Source: Eledone cirrhosa
Taxonomy: Eukaryota
Direction: 5' to 3'
Assembly: GCA_964016885.1 (NCBI GenBank)
Contig: OZ024740.1
Span: 381,672,001-381,736,000, forward strand
DNA: 64,000 bases
Numbering within the stretch: the stretch's first letter is position 1; each line of letters starts with the position of its first letter. Of the stretch, positions 1 to 12,840 are shown piece after piece. A program made the translations under genes and the position numbers. The notes beneath the pieces were generated by a model. The model worked only from the letters and a program-made list of their open reading frames with translations, did not search any database and was not told the origin of the DNA.

Positions 1-58
1 TCACTGTCTACCTGGTTGTCAGACTTCCACTCCCTGCATGTATCTATACTCTTTTATC

Positions 59-60
59 AC

Positions 61-137
<77 letters not shown>
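59..137. repeat. (AGAT)n microsatellite, degenerate to ~248
   Basis: Pure AGAT run; this is the target site of Tx1 copy A. Confidence 0.97.
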
Positions 138-139
<2 letters not shown>

Positions 140-248
140 AAAATAGAATGGTAGACAGCTACACAAATATATAGATAGATAACAAATAGATAGATAGATA
201 CATTGATATATAGATAAATGGATAGATAGATATATAAACAGATAGATA

Positions 249-3200
249 CGTTTCTTTATTAGCCACAAGGGCACAAAAGAAGGGGACAAATACAAATGGG
301 GAGTTTACATACAGGTATATGAAAATAAAACTATTAATAAAATAACAAATAACAATTGATATCCCCAATAGGGGGGAGGCGTTACACAGGGGTTGTACAC
401 ACCCCGAAAAAATGTACAACCCTCTCTCCAGGAGCACCAAGAGTGAGTTCTCCTTTCGTGTCTTCCTCTTTTTCCTCAACCTACAGACTTATATAGAGAG
501 AAGGCCCAACCACTCGGGCCATCTTTGCCACATTCACCCACCTTTTATGAAATTTGCTGGGGTACAGCACTCTCTCTCCATCCAGATTCTTCTTCCAAAA
601 TGATATTTGAAAACACGAATCAGTTGCTCGCCGGAGAGAAAGGTGTCTGACCTCAGCCCTTTTAACCTCGTCCACCATATAACCACTTTCACCATAGCCA
701 TAACACATAGGAAAACCGCCTCTCCCTCGTTTTTGAAGGAGGGTGGCGGTTTGATCATGACAATGGACTCGGTGGTCAAACGGATTGGTCCCACGCGCGA
801 CAATAGTCGTTCTACATAGCCCCACAGGTCGGTAACGCCCGGGCAGTGTACAAATGCGTGCACGACGGTTTCCTCGTCGCGCACGCATCTCGGACAGATC
901 TTTTTCGAAGAGTCCCTACCCGGGCGCCCGTGTCTGTTCAGCTAGTCTCGAACTGGTAGAGCTCCTTGGTAGCACTGCCAGGGAATTTTTGGAAGTTTTC
1001 CATTGGTCCCGGGCAGAAGGTCCTACCAAACAGACTGGCCAGTTGGTCCACCTCTACGCCTAGAGTTTCTCAGAGCGTGTCGTCGCACTTGCTGCGGACC
1101 AACCCTCTATAGAATGTCGAAGTGGAGTCTCCACTGATCGCCGGGTCCGTTTGCCAGAGGACTCTGAGTGCCTGAGCACATTCGATATGCCAGTCGCCCA
1201 TTTTCCTCGGTCTTTGCTTGACCCAGGACTGCAGCTCAGTCAGCGAGACGAGTCGTGGGAAGGCTCGCCTCACGAACGGGTCCCACACCGGTTGTCTGGT
1301 GAGGAATACGTGGAGGTTCCGCAGCCTGAGCGCGCGTTTTCCCATCGTCAGCCACGGCATCCCCAGCCCTCCGTTTGAAGGGTGTTGGCAGCAGATGGAT
1401 CTTCTCACCAAAGGAGCCCGCCTCTTCCAAAGGAATTGGAAGAACGCGCGCTCCATTTTGGTGAGTGTTTTGGCTTGACAAGGCAGGACGGTCAAGAGGT
1501 AGTAGATGACAGACGCTATAAAAGTGTTCGCCATATCCACTCGACCTTTCACGGATAGTTTGCACTCGACCCACTTCTGGATGAGTGCAAACACCTTGGC
1601 CGTCACCTCGTTCCAGTTCTTCTCCACCTTGATGTCCGGACCAAACCAGACCCCGAGCATCTATACCGGTCCTTCCGTCCAGCGTCCGACGACGCCATCG
1701 GAAGGCATCGGTTTGCCTCTCCACGTTCTGAGTTGCAAACCGACGGATTTGTCCCGGTTCAGCTTCGCTCCTGTGAAACTTTCGTATTCCTCCAGTAAGG
1801 TGCCGATCTCTCCGATTTGCGAGGTGCTCGACACCATACGTGCCACGTCGTCGGCGTAGGCCGACGCCGCTTTTCGCAGTCCCGGTTCAAAGGGAGGAGA
1901 GAGGGCATCCCTGTCGGATGGATCGCGTGCAATGGAACGGCTCCGAGAGGTAGCCCTTCACCTTGACCCTTGAGCATATGTTGCTGTTGTGCATTGCAGG
2001 AATCCAGCTCCTGAACACGGGTCCGAAGCCTGCCGCCTCGAGCACCGCATCTAGGTAACGATGGTCAAACCTATCGAACGCCTTAGACTGATCCAAGTTG
2101 ATCAGGGCTCCACCGAAGCCGGGTTTACACCCAACCCTCTCTATGATGTATTGCACGAGGTGGAGGTTGTCGTGTATGGACCTGGTCGGGATTGCGCATG
2201 TCTGCGCTTCTCCCACCAGCTTTTGGACGACAAGCGCCAGCTTCTTTGCCAACAGCTTGGCCAAAATCTGTAACTCTGTGTTGAGCAGAGTTATGGGCCG
2301 GAAGTTGCCTATGTCATCCCTCTTGTTCTCGTCCTTCCTGACTAACGTGATTACGCCCTTGGTCACAGAACTGGGAATTCTTCGGTTTTTCTGCCAGTTG
2401 CAGTAGACCGCTTCCAGGAGACCGGAGAACAAGTCCGGCATTGCTACGTAAAATTCGTAGGGTAGACTATCAGACCTGGATATTTGCGTTTGCCGCATTG
2501 GCTCAGAGCGTCCTCTATCTCAGCGGCCGAAATCGACCTTTCGCAGAACTTCGCCTCGCTGTCCGAGAGTCGCGGTAGGCCGTCGAGGTATGGACTGAAA
2601 TCCATAGCCCCTCCCGGCGCGCCGGTCTGCCCGAACAGTTGAGCAAAGTGCCGCTGAAAGGCCGCTCACATCTGCTTCGGCTCACGTATCACGCGTCCGT
2701 CTTGGTCCTTCAAAGACCGAATCGTGGACTTGTTGTCACTTTTCGCCTCCGTCACTCGGGCCCAGCTAACAGCTTTGGCTCCATCGTTTCCCAGAGCACG
2801 TATTTTGCTTCTGACAACGCAGTCTTCATTCTTTGCGTCGAAGAACTGGTCTAAGGCCGTTCTCGTCGCTAGCACGCTGGCTACGTTGCCATTCCTAAGT
2901 GCCTCTTCTACTTTATATACCAGTTCCTTTTCGGTTTTAGTTTTATCTAACACTAATTCTTTACTAAAACCTATCGAGTCTAATCTAACTGCCCTCTTGA
3001 GAGAGTACCACCATCTGTTGTTGACAATGGCCCCGTCAAGTGCTGCTTAACTAAAGTGCTAGTCCGTCTACTGTAGGCTTTGCATGTCGGTAACGAAAAG
3101 TTCAGCTTCCAGTAGCCGGGTCCTTGTCTATGGGTTTTGTCAAGGTTGACTAAGCAGGTCACTAATTTGTGATCTGAATAGGCAACCACGAACATTTGTG

Positions 3201-3461
3201 GACACCTTAACATGTCCCTATCCTTCTTTCTAACTAGAACCCTATCACGCCACAGTGGCACAGTCGGACAATCTAGTCGATATCTATATGCCAGGTCAAA
3301 TCGGCCGATTAACTGTTTGAGGCTGGTACACCCCCTCTATCGGGACATGCTCCCATATAGTCCCAACGTGCATCTAGGATTCCATTCCAGTCCCCCACTA
3401 ACAGCAGAGAGCGAGACGTTCCCAGAAAAGTCTCTAGACGTTTGAAGAAGTCTGACCGCGG
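249..3461 (-). mobile_element. Tx1/L1-clade LINE copy A, 5'-truncated in the APE domain, decayed ORF2
   Basis: Minus ORFs give GPGYWKLN (APE end), NFRPITLLN, LDQSKAFDR, RQGCPLS, YADD and a C-terminal CPRC..H..C knuckle, broken by frameshifts and stops. AATAAA lies at 254-259. A 14-bp direct repeat TAAACAGATAGATA at 235-248 and 3462-3475 is a TSD. Confidence 0.95.
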
Positions 3462-3939
3462 TAAACAGATAGATAGATTGATAGATAGATAGATAAACGC
3501 AGGAATGTTTGAGTGGTAAAAATGTTCGCTTTATAATGATGAGTTGATGGATTCGATGCCGTTACATGGCAGACTGGGATGATGTTTTTACCATAGACAG
3601 GGGTCAATACACGCCTTTTGTGGGAAGTTGGGAAAATGAAGGATCAAATACCTATTGAAGGGAATGTAACTCTAGTTTTAATGAAGAGTGCCATCACATA
3701 TTTTGTAACACATATTCGGTTTTGGTATTAAGTTAACGGTACATGTATCTATGCAACATCCAGCCTACTATGTCTTAATGTAATGCTTTGACCGTTCAGT
3801 CGATCAAACATCTGAAAGATCCTTGATGAAAACGAGGGACGATACATCATTCGCATGTATGTATATATGTATGCATGTAATCCATATGCGCATATGTTCT
3901 TCTGTATATGTATGTATATGTATACATAAATATCTCCCT

Positions 3940-4090
3940 TCAATCTATGTAATTTCTCATTCTTTATTGACGAAGGACTAGTGTCTGAAACGTTAAGACC
4001 CTCTTCCTGCTATTTCAAGCGTTAACCTAATATATTTCTTCCATATACTGTAACGACTGTGTTGTTATTTATGCTTAACTTTTACACATT
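3940..4090 (+). repeat. Penelope pLTR-like remnant with degenerate hammerhead
   Basis: TTGACGA-A-GGAC-TAGT-GTCT-GAAACGTT at 3967-3994. The downstream sequence matches 15200-15290. Confidence 0.65.
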
Positions 4091-4097
4091 ATATATA

Positions 4098-4160
<63 letters not shown>

Positions 4161-5846
4161 GTGTGTGTGCGCGTGTTTGATTGCAATATTCAATTCACAA
4201 AATCGAATCCTTTGGCCGACATCGAGAAAAAAGAATGAAAGACACTTTCCTAAAAATTTACAGATTAATGTGAAATTAATTAATGTTAAAGAACGACATT
4301 TAACTATAATTAGCAGTTGACACAAAATTGCTTGCAGTTGGGGTAAATATATGAGATATATAACACCAATCACTTCCGTGTATTAGCCAAACTCCATCAT
4401 ATACCAGCCTACCATTGCAAATACATTAGATAAAGAATTCTTACATGTAATACATCAGATAAACGACATGGATTACGTTAGATCATAGATCTTTTAAATA
4501 ACAACACAAATAACATGCACATACATATCCACCTACCATATATAGTTATCTGCCTATCTACCAATTGACACTACATATCTATTTAGGTATGTCCCTGACT
4601 ACGGATATAACTCGCACTCATAAATATATAATTATCTGCGCACTAATCCATTTTAACGATCTTCCAACCTACAGCCCCTGCCCTCGTATATCACGGGGGA
4701 CTATGGATCTGCTTCTAGAAAATTCCTCTCCACAGTGCAGACCTGGGCAAGGATTTTTCTTGGGCAAGTCCAGTAGTCGCCAGTGTATGCAGGGGAAAAG
4801 GAAAGGCTACAATTTGCCACCAATGAAGACACCATCGAACTCAAACCGCAATTGGCCGTACGAATGCAATCAACCTTCTAATATTTCCACGAATACACCA
4901 CCAGGGATTGGTAGTATATCAATCTCGAGAGAATGTGTCACAATTGAATTCAGCGGGATTTGAAGTCAAAGCGCATAAAGCGAAATAAAATACCGCAAGG
5001 GCTTATACCCAATGCAACAAAGCCTTCTAATTCACTACTTTATGTACCTACCTATCTATTGATGTATTCTATTTATATTCAGAGAGAAAATCTGAAGTCC
5101 TTTAATAATTACCGAAGAACCTATTAATTACTGTTTTACTGTTGTTCTTCTACACAGAGAGAGAACTTTAAAATCGTTTGCTTCCTTGTCTTCAATACCC
5201 AAGGGCCCCGTATCGCTCACCATATTAGAGTTTGTATCCAAGAATTTTTCAGTTTTTCTGTACTTGATATTGTTTATTTTATTGGATAAAACCCCTTTTG
5301 AAAGTTGTTTCTCTTATCAATAGGCGACATCTTCAAAATAAATAAATAATTCAATAAATCAGTATATAAATAAATCTATTTATCATTACAAAACTATATG
5401 AATGCTATTCATTGCAGGTTAGAAGTTCATATTCACGAATCTCCAATCTCTCGTTCCTTATATCTATAGAATAAAAATAGTTATTAAAAAAATCGAGAAT
5501 AAGAGAAAAGTCAAAGCCCGAGCAACATAAGTGTACAGGGATTGTTGGTCGAGGATGAAATCTATAAAACCCGCATAATAGCTACTAAACATTTTTGAGA
5601 GACTATCTAAAATACATATTATCTGAACTAGGTTAGCCACAGGGTGCATTCCAAACCTTCTCCCAATGTGCTTTCTTTCGATCAGATAAAAATTGTTTGG
5701 AATATGACCGATTCCCTTTAGACACATTAATATCAATGATAAGAATAAACAGAGACATGCATAGAGTCGAGAAAGAGAGACAGAGAGACAGATACACATT
5801 TTTCTATCTATCAATCAATCAATCTATCTCCCCGTCTGCAAGCATA

Positions 5847-5847
<1 letters not shown>

Positions 5848-5907
<60 letters not shown>

Positions 5908-5925
5908 GCTACTACTACTACTACT
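5848..5925. repeat. (TAC)n microsatellite abutting the 3' end of Tx1 copy B
   Basis: Direct reading. Confidence 0.95.
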
Positions 5926-7814
5926 AATGATTTCATGTATTGGCCACAAGGGCCGATATATAGGGGACTGGGACAGTAGGGTTTTACAAAAAAACCGAGT
6001 AAACAATATGAACAACAATAACAAAGTAACAAGAAAAATACAAGAAAAATTCCCCACCAATCCTGAACAATCCGACGCTTCGAGAGCGCCCTGGAAGGGC
6101 ACCCCTCTCCTCCTCAAATTTATCCACCTACAGGCGCATGACCAGAGTAGGCCCACTCACACGGGCCATTCTCGCCACATTCACCCACCTTTCAGCAAAT
6201 GTACTGGAGGGCAGCACTTCTCTCTCCACCCTCAACTTCCTTTCCAAGTGAAACTTGAAAAAGTTGATGAGGGATTGGCCGAAGAGAAAAGTGTCTGTCT
6301 TCAGTCCTTTCAACCTCATCCACCATACAACCTCTTTCGCTACTGCCACCAGACAGAGGAAAATTGCCTGCAATTCCTGGCCAAAAGAAGGCGGCGGGTC
6401 GATCTTCCCTATGGACTCGGCCGATAGCCGGATTCGTTCTACACGCGACAACAGCTGTTCGACATAACTCCACAAGTCAGTAATGCACGGACACTGGACG
6501 AGTGCGTGCAGAACGGTTTCGTCGCTCTGCGCGCATCTCGGGTAGGTCCGTCTGACAGCACTTCTGTGCCTGTAGAGTTTATCTCGAACCGGCAGGGCTC
6601 GCCGGTAGCACTGCCAAGCGAGGGATTTTGGGAAATTATCCATCGACCCCGGCTCGAAAGCCCTCCGGAACAGATTGGTTAGTTCGATTTCGTCGACTCC
6701 CAGCGCGTCTCCGAGTGCGTCGTCGCACTTCCCACCACTAATCCTCTATAGAAATCGAGGGTGGAAGTTCCACTGACCGCATTGCCCGCCTGGTAGAGGC
6801 CAGTGAGTGCCTGGCAACATTCCAGATGTCAGTCAGCCAGTCTGACAATGCAACATTCGTGTTTCGCATTGAAGAAACGATCTAATGCCATTCTCGCCGC
6901 TAGCACGTCAGTTTCAATGCCACTACCAATAGCCTCGTCTAAATTATCTACCAACTCCCCCTCCTTTCTATTTTTTTCTAACGCTACTTCTTTGCTAAAC
7001 TCTATCGACATTACTCTAATCTCTCTTTTGAGAGCCCCCCCCCATCTATTGTTGACGACTCCCCCTGTCAACTTTTTCTTAACTAAATTGTTGACCTGCT
7101 CCCTGTAAGCCTTACGTGACGGCAATGACATATTTAGCTTCCAGTAACCAGGTCCTAACCTACGCGTCTTATCTAGGTCGACCATACAGATCACAAACTT
7201 GTGATCTGAATAGGTGACCGTTTCAAAACGTGGACAGCTTACACTATTTCTGTCTATTTTCCTAATGAATATCCTGTCAATATACGATCTAGATGTCCCT
7301 ATGCGGTTAGCCCAGGTCCACACTGGCGCATTAGGGAAATCTAGTCGGTACCTGTCAGACAGTTGGTACTGGCTTATCAGGTTCTTGAGGCTTTTGCACC
7401 CCCGCTCCTATCGGATACTCCCACACAGTCCCAGCGTGCCTCTAAGATGCTGATCCAGTCCCCCGCTAACAGTAAAGGGCGAGACGTACCCAGAAAGGCG
7501 TCCAGGCGTCTAAAGAAGTCCGGCCGTCCTGCCCCAGTAGGAGCATAGACGGCCACCAGTCTAAAGGCACCACCTTCATTATAGTTCACGTCCAGGACCA
7601 CCAACTTCCCGTCCGGTTCCCGGAAGATCGACCTTACCTCGAGATCGAGGCCTTTCCTAAACAGCACAGCCACACCGCCTCCCATTCCCGGCCGGCTAAC
7701 AGATGCAAAAATCTGATAGTCGTCGAAAATGGGGGCTAGTGCGCGCGTGTTTGAAATCCTGGTCTCGCTGACTGCAATTACATCCATTTCTATAGACCTG
7801 AGGTCGTTTAGCAG
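5926..7814 (-). mobile_element. Tx1-clade LINE copy B: APE + linker joined to the C-terminal domain, RT deleted
   Basis: Closely matches copy I over 57085-58060 and 59715-60140. The deletion junction is at ~6840. ORFs are 7377-7877, 6829-7323 and 6128-6643. Confidence 0.93.
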
Positions 7815-9547
7815 GGTTTTGGGCCTGAAATTATCGATAACATCCCCCTTGTTCGGGTATTTTCTTAGCAGTGCCACTGCTCCCGGCTCACAAAACTGTG
7901 AATGCTCCCGTTTTGCTGTCAGTTGCAGTAGACGTCTGCCAAGAGGTCACCGAACAAGTCTGGCGATTTACCCCTTGTGCAGTTAACCATCGCTTCCTGT
8001 ATTTCACCGGCTGTTATTGGCTTTTCGCAACACTGCCCCAGTAGGAGCATAGACGGCCACCAGTCTAAAGGCACCACCTTCATTATAGTTCACGTCCAGG
8101 ACCACCAACTTCCCGTCCGGTTCCCGGAAGATCGACCTTACCTCGAGATCGAGGCCTTTCCTAAACAGCACAGCCACACCGCCTCCCATTCCCGGCCGGC
8201 TAACAGATGCAAAAATCTGATAGTCGTCGAAAATGGGGGCTAGTGCGCGCGTGTTTGAAATCCTGGTCTCGCTGACTGCAATTACATCCATTTCTATAGA
8301 CCTGAGGTCGTTTAGCAGGGTTTTGGGCCTGAAATTATCGATAACATCCCCCTTGTTCGGGTATTTTCTTAGCAGTGCCACTGCTCCCGGCTCACAAAAC
8401 TGTGAATGCTCCCGTTTTGCTGTCAGTTGCAGTAGACGTCTGCCAAGAGGTCACCGAACAAGTCTGGCGATTTACCCCTTGTGCAGTTAACCATCGCTTC
8501 CTGTATTTCACCGGCTGTTATTGGCTTTTCGCAACACTGCCCCAGTAGGAGCATAGACGGCCACCAGTCTAAAGGCACCACCTTCATTATAGTTCACGTC
8601 CAGGACCACCAACTTCCCGTCCGGTTCCCGGAAGATCGACCTTACCTCGAGATCCAGGCCTTTCCTAAACAGCACAGCCACACCGCCTCCCATTCCCGGC
8701 CGGCTAACAGATGCAAAAATCTGATAGTCGTCGAAAATGGGGGCTAGTGCGCGCGTGTTTGAAATCCTGGTCTCGCTGACTGCAATTACATCCATTTCTA
8801 TAGACCTGAGGTCGTTTAGCAGGGTTTTGGGCCTGAAATTATCGATAACATCCCCCTTGTTCGGGTATTTTCTTAGCAGTGCCACTGCTCCCGGCTCACA
8901 AAACTGTGAATGCTCCCGTTTTGCTGTCAGTTGCAGTAGACGTCTGCCAAGAGGTCACCGAACAAGTCTGGCGATTTACCCCTTGTGCAGTTAACCATCG
9001 CTTCCTGTATTTCACCGGCTGTTATTGGCTTTTCGCAACACTGCCCCAGTAGGAGCATAGACGGCCACCAGTCTAAAGGCACCACCTTCATTATAGTTCA
9101 CGTCCAGGACCACCAACTTCCCGTCCGGTTCCCGGAAGATCGACCTTACCTCGAGATCCAGGCCTTTCCTAAACAGCACAGCCACACCGCCTCCCATTCC
9201 CGGCCGGCTAACAGATGCAAAAATCTGATAGTCGTCGAAAATGGGGGCTAGTGCGCGCGTGTTTGAAATCCTGGTCTCGCTGACTGCAATTACATCCATT
9301 TCTATAGACCTGAGGTCGTTTAGCAGGGTTTTGGGCCTGAAATTATCGATAACATCCCCCTTGTTCGGGTATTTTCTTAGCAGTGCCACTGCTCCCGGCT
9401 CACAAAACTGTGAATGCTCCCGTTTTGCTGTCAGTTGCAGTAGACGTCTGCCAAGAGGTCACCGAACAAGTCTGGCGATTTACCCCTTGTGCAGTTAACC
9501 ATCGCTTCCTGTATTTCACCGGCTGTTATTGGCTTTTCGCAACACTG
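7529..9547 (-). repeat. Tandem array of 4 x 504-bp units derived from the junction of LINE copies C and B
   Basis: Units start at 7529, 8033, 8537 and 9041. Identical 125-aa ORFs recur every 504 bp. The one visible SNP is gatcGagg in units 1-2 versus gatcCagg in units 3-4. Confidence 0.97.
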
Positions 9548-12030
9548 TGCTGCGGTCGTCGAGAGCCGAGGCAGTCCGTCGTGGTATGCACTGAATTCCA
9601 TGCCCCGATCCGGGCTGCCGCCGCTCCCGAACAGTTCAGCAAAGTGCTGCAGAAAAGCTTCACACATCCGCTCGTGTTCGAGCATCACGCACCCGTTTTT
9701 GTCAGACGAAGACCGGATTGTGTCTTTGTTGCCATGTCGCGCCTCTTCCACCCGGGTCCATTGGACGGCTTTTGTCCCCTCGTGTTTCAGAGCACGCGCT
9801 CTAGCTCTGACAAACGCAGCCTTCGTGTTTTGCGTTGAACAATTGGCCGAGTGCTAATCTCGCCGCAAGCACGTCGGTTGCGATGCCTGTCCTAAACGCC
9901 TCTTCTAGCTTTCTGACTAGCTCTCCCTCTACTCTATTTTTCTCTATCACTACTACTTTGCTAAACCTAATCGAATCTACTTTAATTGCCCTTTTCAACC
10001 TGTTGTTGACGACCGCTCCCGTCAACGCTCGCGTAACTAATACGCTAATCCAATCTCTGTAGGCTTTACGCCCCGGGAAACACGCGTTCAGCTTCCAGTA
10101 ACCAGGCCCTTGTCTATGAAGTCTCTCTATGTCGATCTCACAGATCACAAATTTGTGGTCTGTATAGTCGACTATTTTAAATCGTGGACAACTTATACTA
10201 GCCTTATCTAGTTCTCTGCAGAATACCCTATCGAGATACGATCTGGATGACCCGATATGGTTTGTCCACGTCTACATTGGCACATTCGGGTGATCCAGTC
10301 GGTACCTGTCAGACAGTTTAAAACGTCTGAGCAGGTTGGTGAGGCTCTTGCACCCTCCTCCCCTATCCACTAGCCCCACACGATCCCAGCGTGCATCCAA
10401 GATACCGTTCCAGTCGCCCACTAACACTAAAGAGCGGGACGTTCCAAGAAAGGTCTCTAGACGTCTGAATAATTCTGGCCGTCTTGCCCCTGTTGGGGCG
10501 TAGACGGCTACTAGCCTGAAAGCATTGCCTTCGCTGCCGGTCACGTCCAGCATCACCGACTTACATTCTGCGTCTAGGAAGATGGCCCGTATCGCGAGAT
10601 CCAAGCCTCTCCGAAAAAGGACGGCAACCCCTCCCCCGATCCTGGAGGGCTGGGAGATGCGTATACATCGTAGCCGTCGAAGATCGGTGCGAAGGCTTGT
10701 GCTTCGGAGATTATGGTTTCACTGATGGCCACCACATCTATGTTTAGTGACCTGAGGTCGTTGAGCAGGTGACCCTGCTTCCAAGATGACCCCAGGCCAC
10801 GTGCATTTATACTGCCTATTCTGAGTACGGCGATGTTGGATGAGAAACGCGGCAAGTGAGAAAGGATCACTTACCTTGATCGTGTGGTGAAGGGACAGTA
10901 GAACCGTCCCTTTTGCTGGTCATGGGTGTTTTCAAGAGGATGTCAGTGTATATCCTCTTGGTAACCGACCCTCTGAAGTCTCCAACTGCGGTGGGGAATT
11001 TTTGTTTTAAAGGTTTGTACTGTTCTATTGAGATTTCGATGATGCTTATGTTTGTCGGGAGAGTTCTTGGTGTTGGTGGGGTGTAGTAGTTTGTTTATGT
11101 GATGTATGTGTGCTGCTTTATATATTGTATGAGTTCTTTTTTTGCCATGTTTATGGCTGTGTACTTTTTTTAGGGAGGGGTGATTTTGTTGCTGTTTTCT
11201 TCTTGTTGCTGTTTGGTGTGTGTGTCTTGTTGTGTTTGCGTTGTTGGTGTTTTTGGTGATGCTGGTGGTGGTGTGGTTGTTGTTGTCAGTGGTGCTTGTG
11301 GTGGTGATGGTGGTGGTGTTGCTGCAAGTTTCCTTGCTGCCTTTACCCCTCTTTGTATGCCTTCGCCTTTGGAGGGTGAATCTAAGGGGTTTTTTGTTTT
11401 TTGTTTTTTGTGGCAGACCGTTTGCCACTTCACTCCCGCCTCAATCTCCATGTCGGATTCTGTGGCGTCTGGGAGGAGTATGTGCTCCACGGCTGTTGGT
11501 GGTGGTAGTGGAGCCTTCATCGGCAATTTTGTTGCTGGTGTAGCTACTTCAAATGTAGCTATTGGTGTTGCCGCCACTGATGATGCTGCTTTAGTTGTCC
11601 GTGGCCTTGGTACGGGTGCTACGGACGTTGCCCTCCTACTTACCGTGGAAGGGGCTTCTTCGTTTGTTGCATGCCCTGCTCTTGGTAGCAGCGGACCAGG
11701 TATTGGAAGGAGAGGGGCCTTCTTCGCTGTCTTCTGCGGGCAACAGGCCCTGAGGTGACACTTCGACCCACAGAGATAACATTTTGGCCGTCTTCCTTCT
11801 ACACAGTTGGAGACCTTCCTCGATGTCTATGATATCGGGGATAGCGTCGATACATTCCTGGTCAGTTTGTATAAGCATTTGCATGCCTATACCTGACCAG
11901 TTCTCTCTCCCTATTTTTTCTACTTGCAGCATGGTCGTCCTGTTCTCGATTCCAGCAAGGACAGACGCGGCCAGCCAAGGTATGGGCTTAGACCGAGGCG
12001 CCAGCAAGGAGTCGAACATGCTGGACGAAT
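9318..12030 (-). mobile_element. Tx1-clade LINE copy C: ORF1 3' part, APE, linker and RT start
   Basis: ORF1 zinc knuckle CYLCGSKCHLRACC (~11740-11785), a Pro/Thr/Lys-rich region, APE motifs SINARGL, VAISET and GDWNG, then GYWKLN and NFRPKTLLN. Confidence 0.92.
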
Positions 12031-12499
12031 GCGTTTACTGCGGATAAGGAGCATTAGACACCAGCTTCGTCTTTTTATAAGATTTTAGATTGTACCTAGA
12101 AATCTTAATAAAGTGGCTAACTTAAGAGACATTGAGAATGTTTTTCCCGTCTCCTGTAGTACATTATCTGATTTTCCAAGCTATTATTTATAATGGTCGA
12201 TATATATATATATTCTTTTCTTATGAATTATATATATATATTCTTTTCTTATGAATTATACTGTGTTAGTAGCAAAGCAAAAGTATATATCTGATATATT
12301 TATCCTTATCGAGCCCTCTTCTATAAATAACATACCCGTACCAGGCAGGAAAACATACCTAAAACTCCTGATACAGAAAACAGCCGTTCTTTCCCAGGGA
12401 ACGTTTCCACGAACCAAAGTATCGTCTTCCTGTCTTCCTTCGGTTGCAACGTTTTTTGAAATATTTACTTCTGCGTTCACAGATTGACTTTTTTAGTTT

Positions 12500-12525
12500 C
12501 AGAAGATCCCGTTAAGGGTGAAAGC
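12500..12525 (+). ncRNA. Degenerate hammerhead-like motif (old PLE remnant)
   Basis: CAGAAGA-T-CCC-GTTAA-GGG-T-GAAA. The core is mutated and no clear stem I or III is present. Confidence 0.3.
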
Positions 12526-12673
12526 AGAGATTATTTGCTTAAACTTTAATCTGTTATTTTAATAAATATTTGCTCTACGGTTCTTATATATCTGATATAT
12601 ATTTATCCTTATCGAGCCCTCTTTGGATTTTAGTCTTCAAATTTATTACTATTACTATATATATTAACTTTGG

Positions 12674-12770
12674 TTAACTTTTCCTTTCATCCTTCCGGGG
12701 TCGATAAAATAAAGTACCAGTAATGCACTGGGTGATTGCTGGCCTTGTGCCAAAAGTAGAAACAATTATT
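12674..12770 (+). mobile_element. tRNA-derived SINE, core and 3' half only
   Basis: Nin-domain-like core CCTTTCATCCTTCCGGGGTCGATAAAATAAAGTACCAG plus the family tail. Confidence 0.8.
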
Positions 12771-12772
12771 AC

Positions 12773-12840
<68 letters not shown>

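Noticed and set aside
44-295. ORFs rich in YI, YLSI, CV, HT, poly-S/V/L/Y throughout the ORF track
   Set aside because: They are translations of microsatellites.
7529-9547. Array as a CRISPR or a multi-gene cassette
   Set aside because: There are no unique spacers, and the units are LINE fragments with stops and a frameshift.
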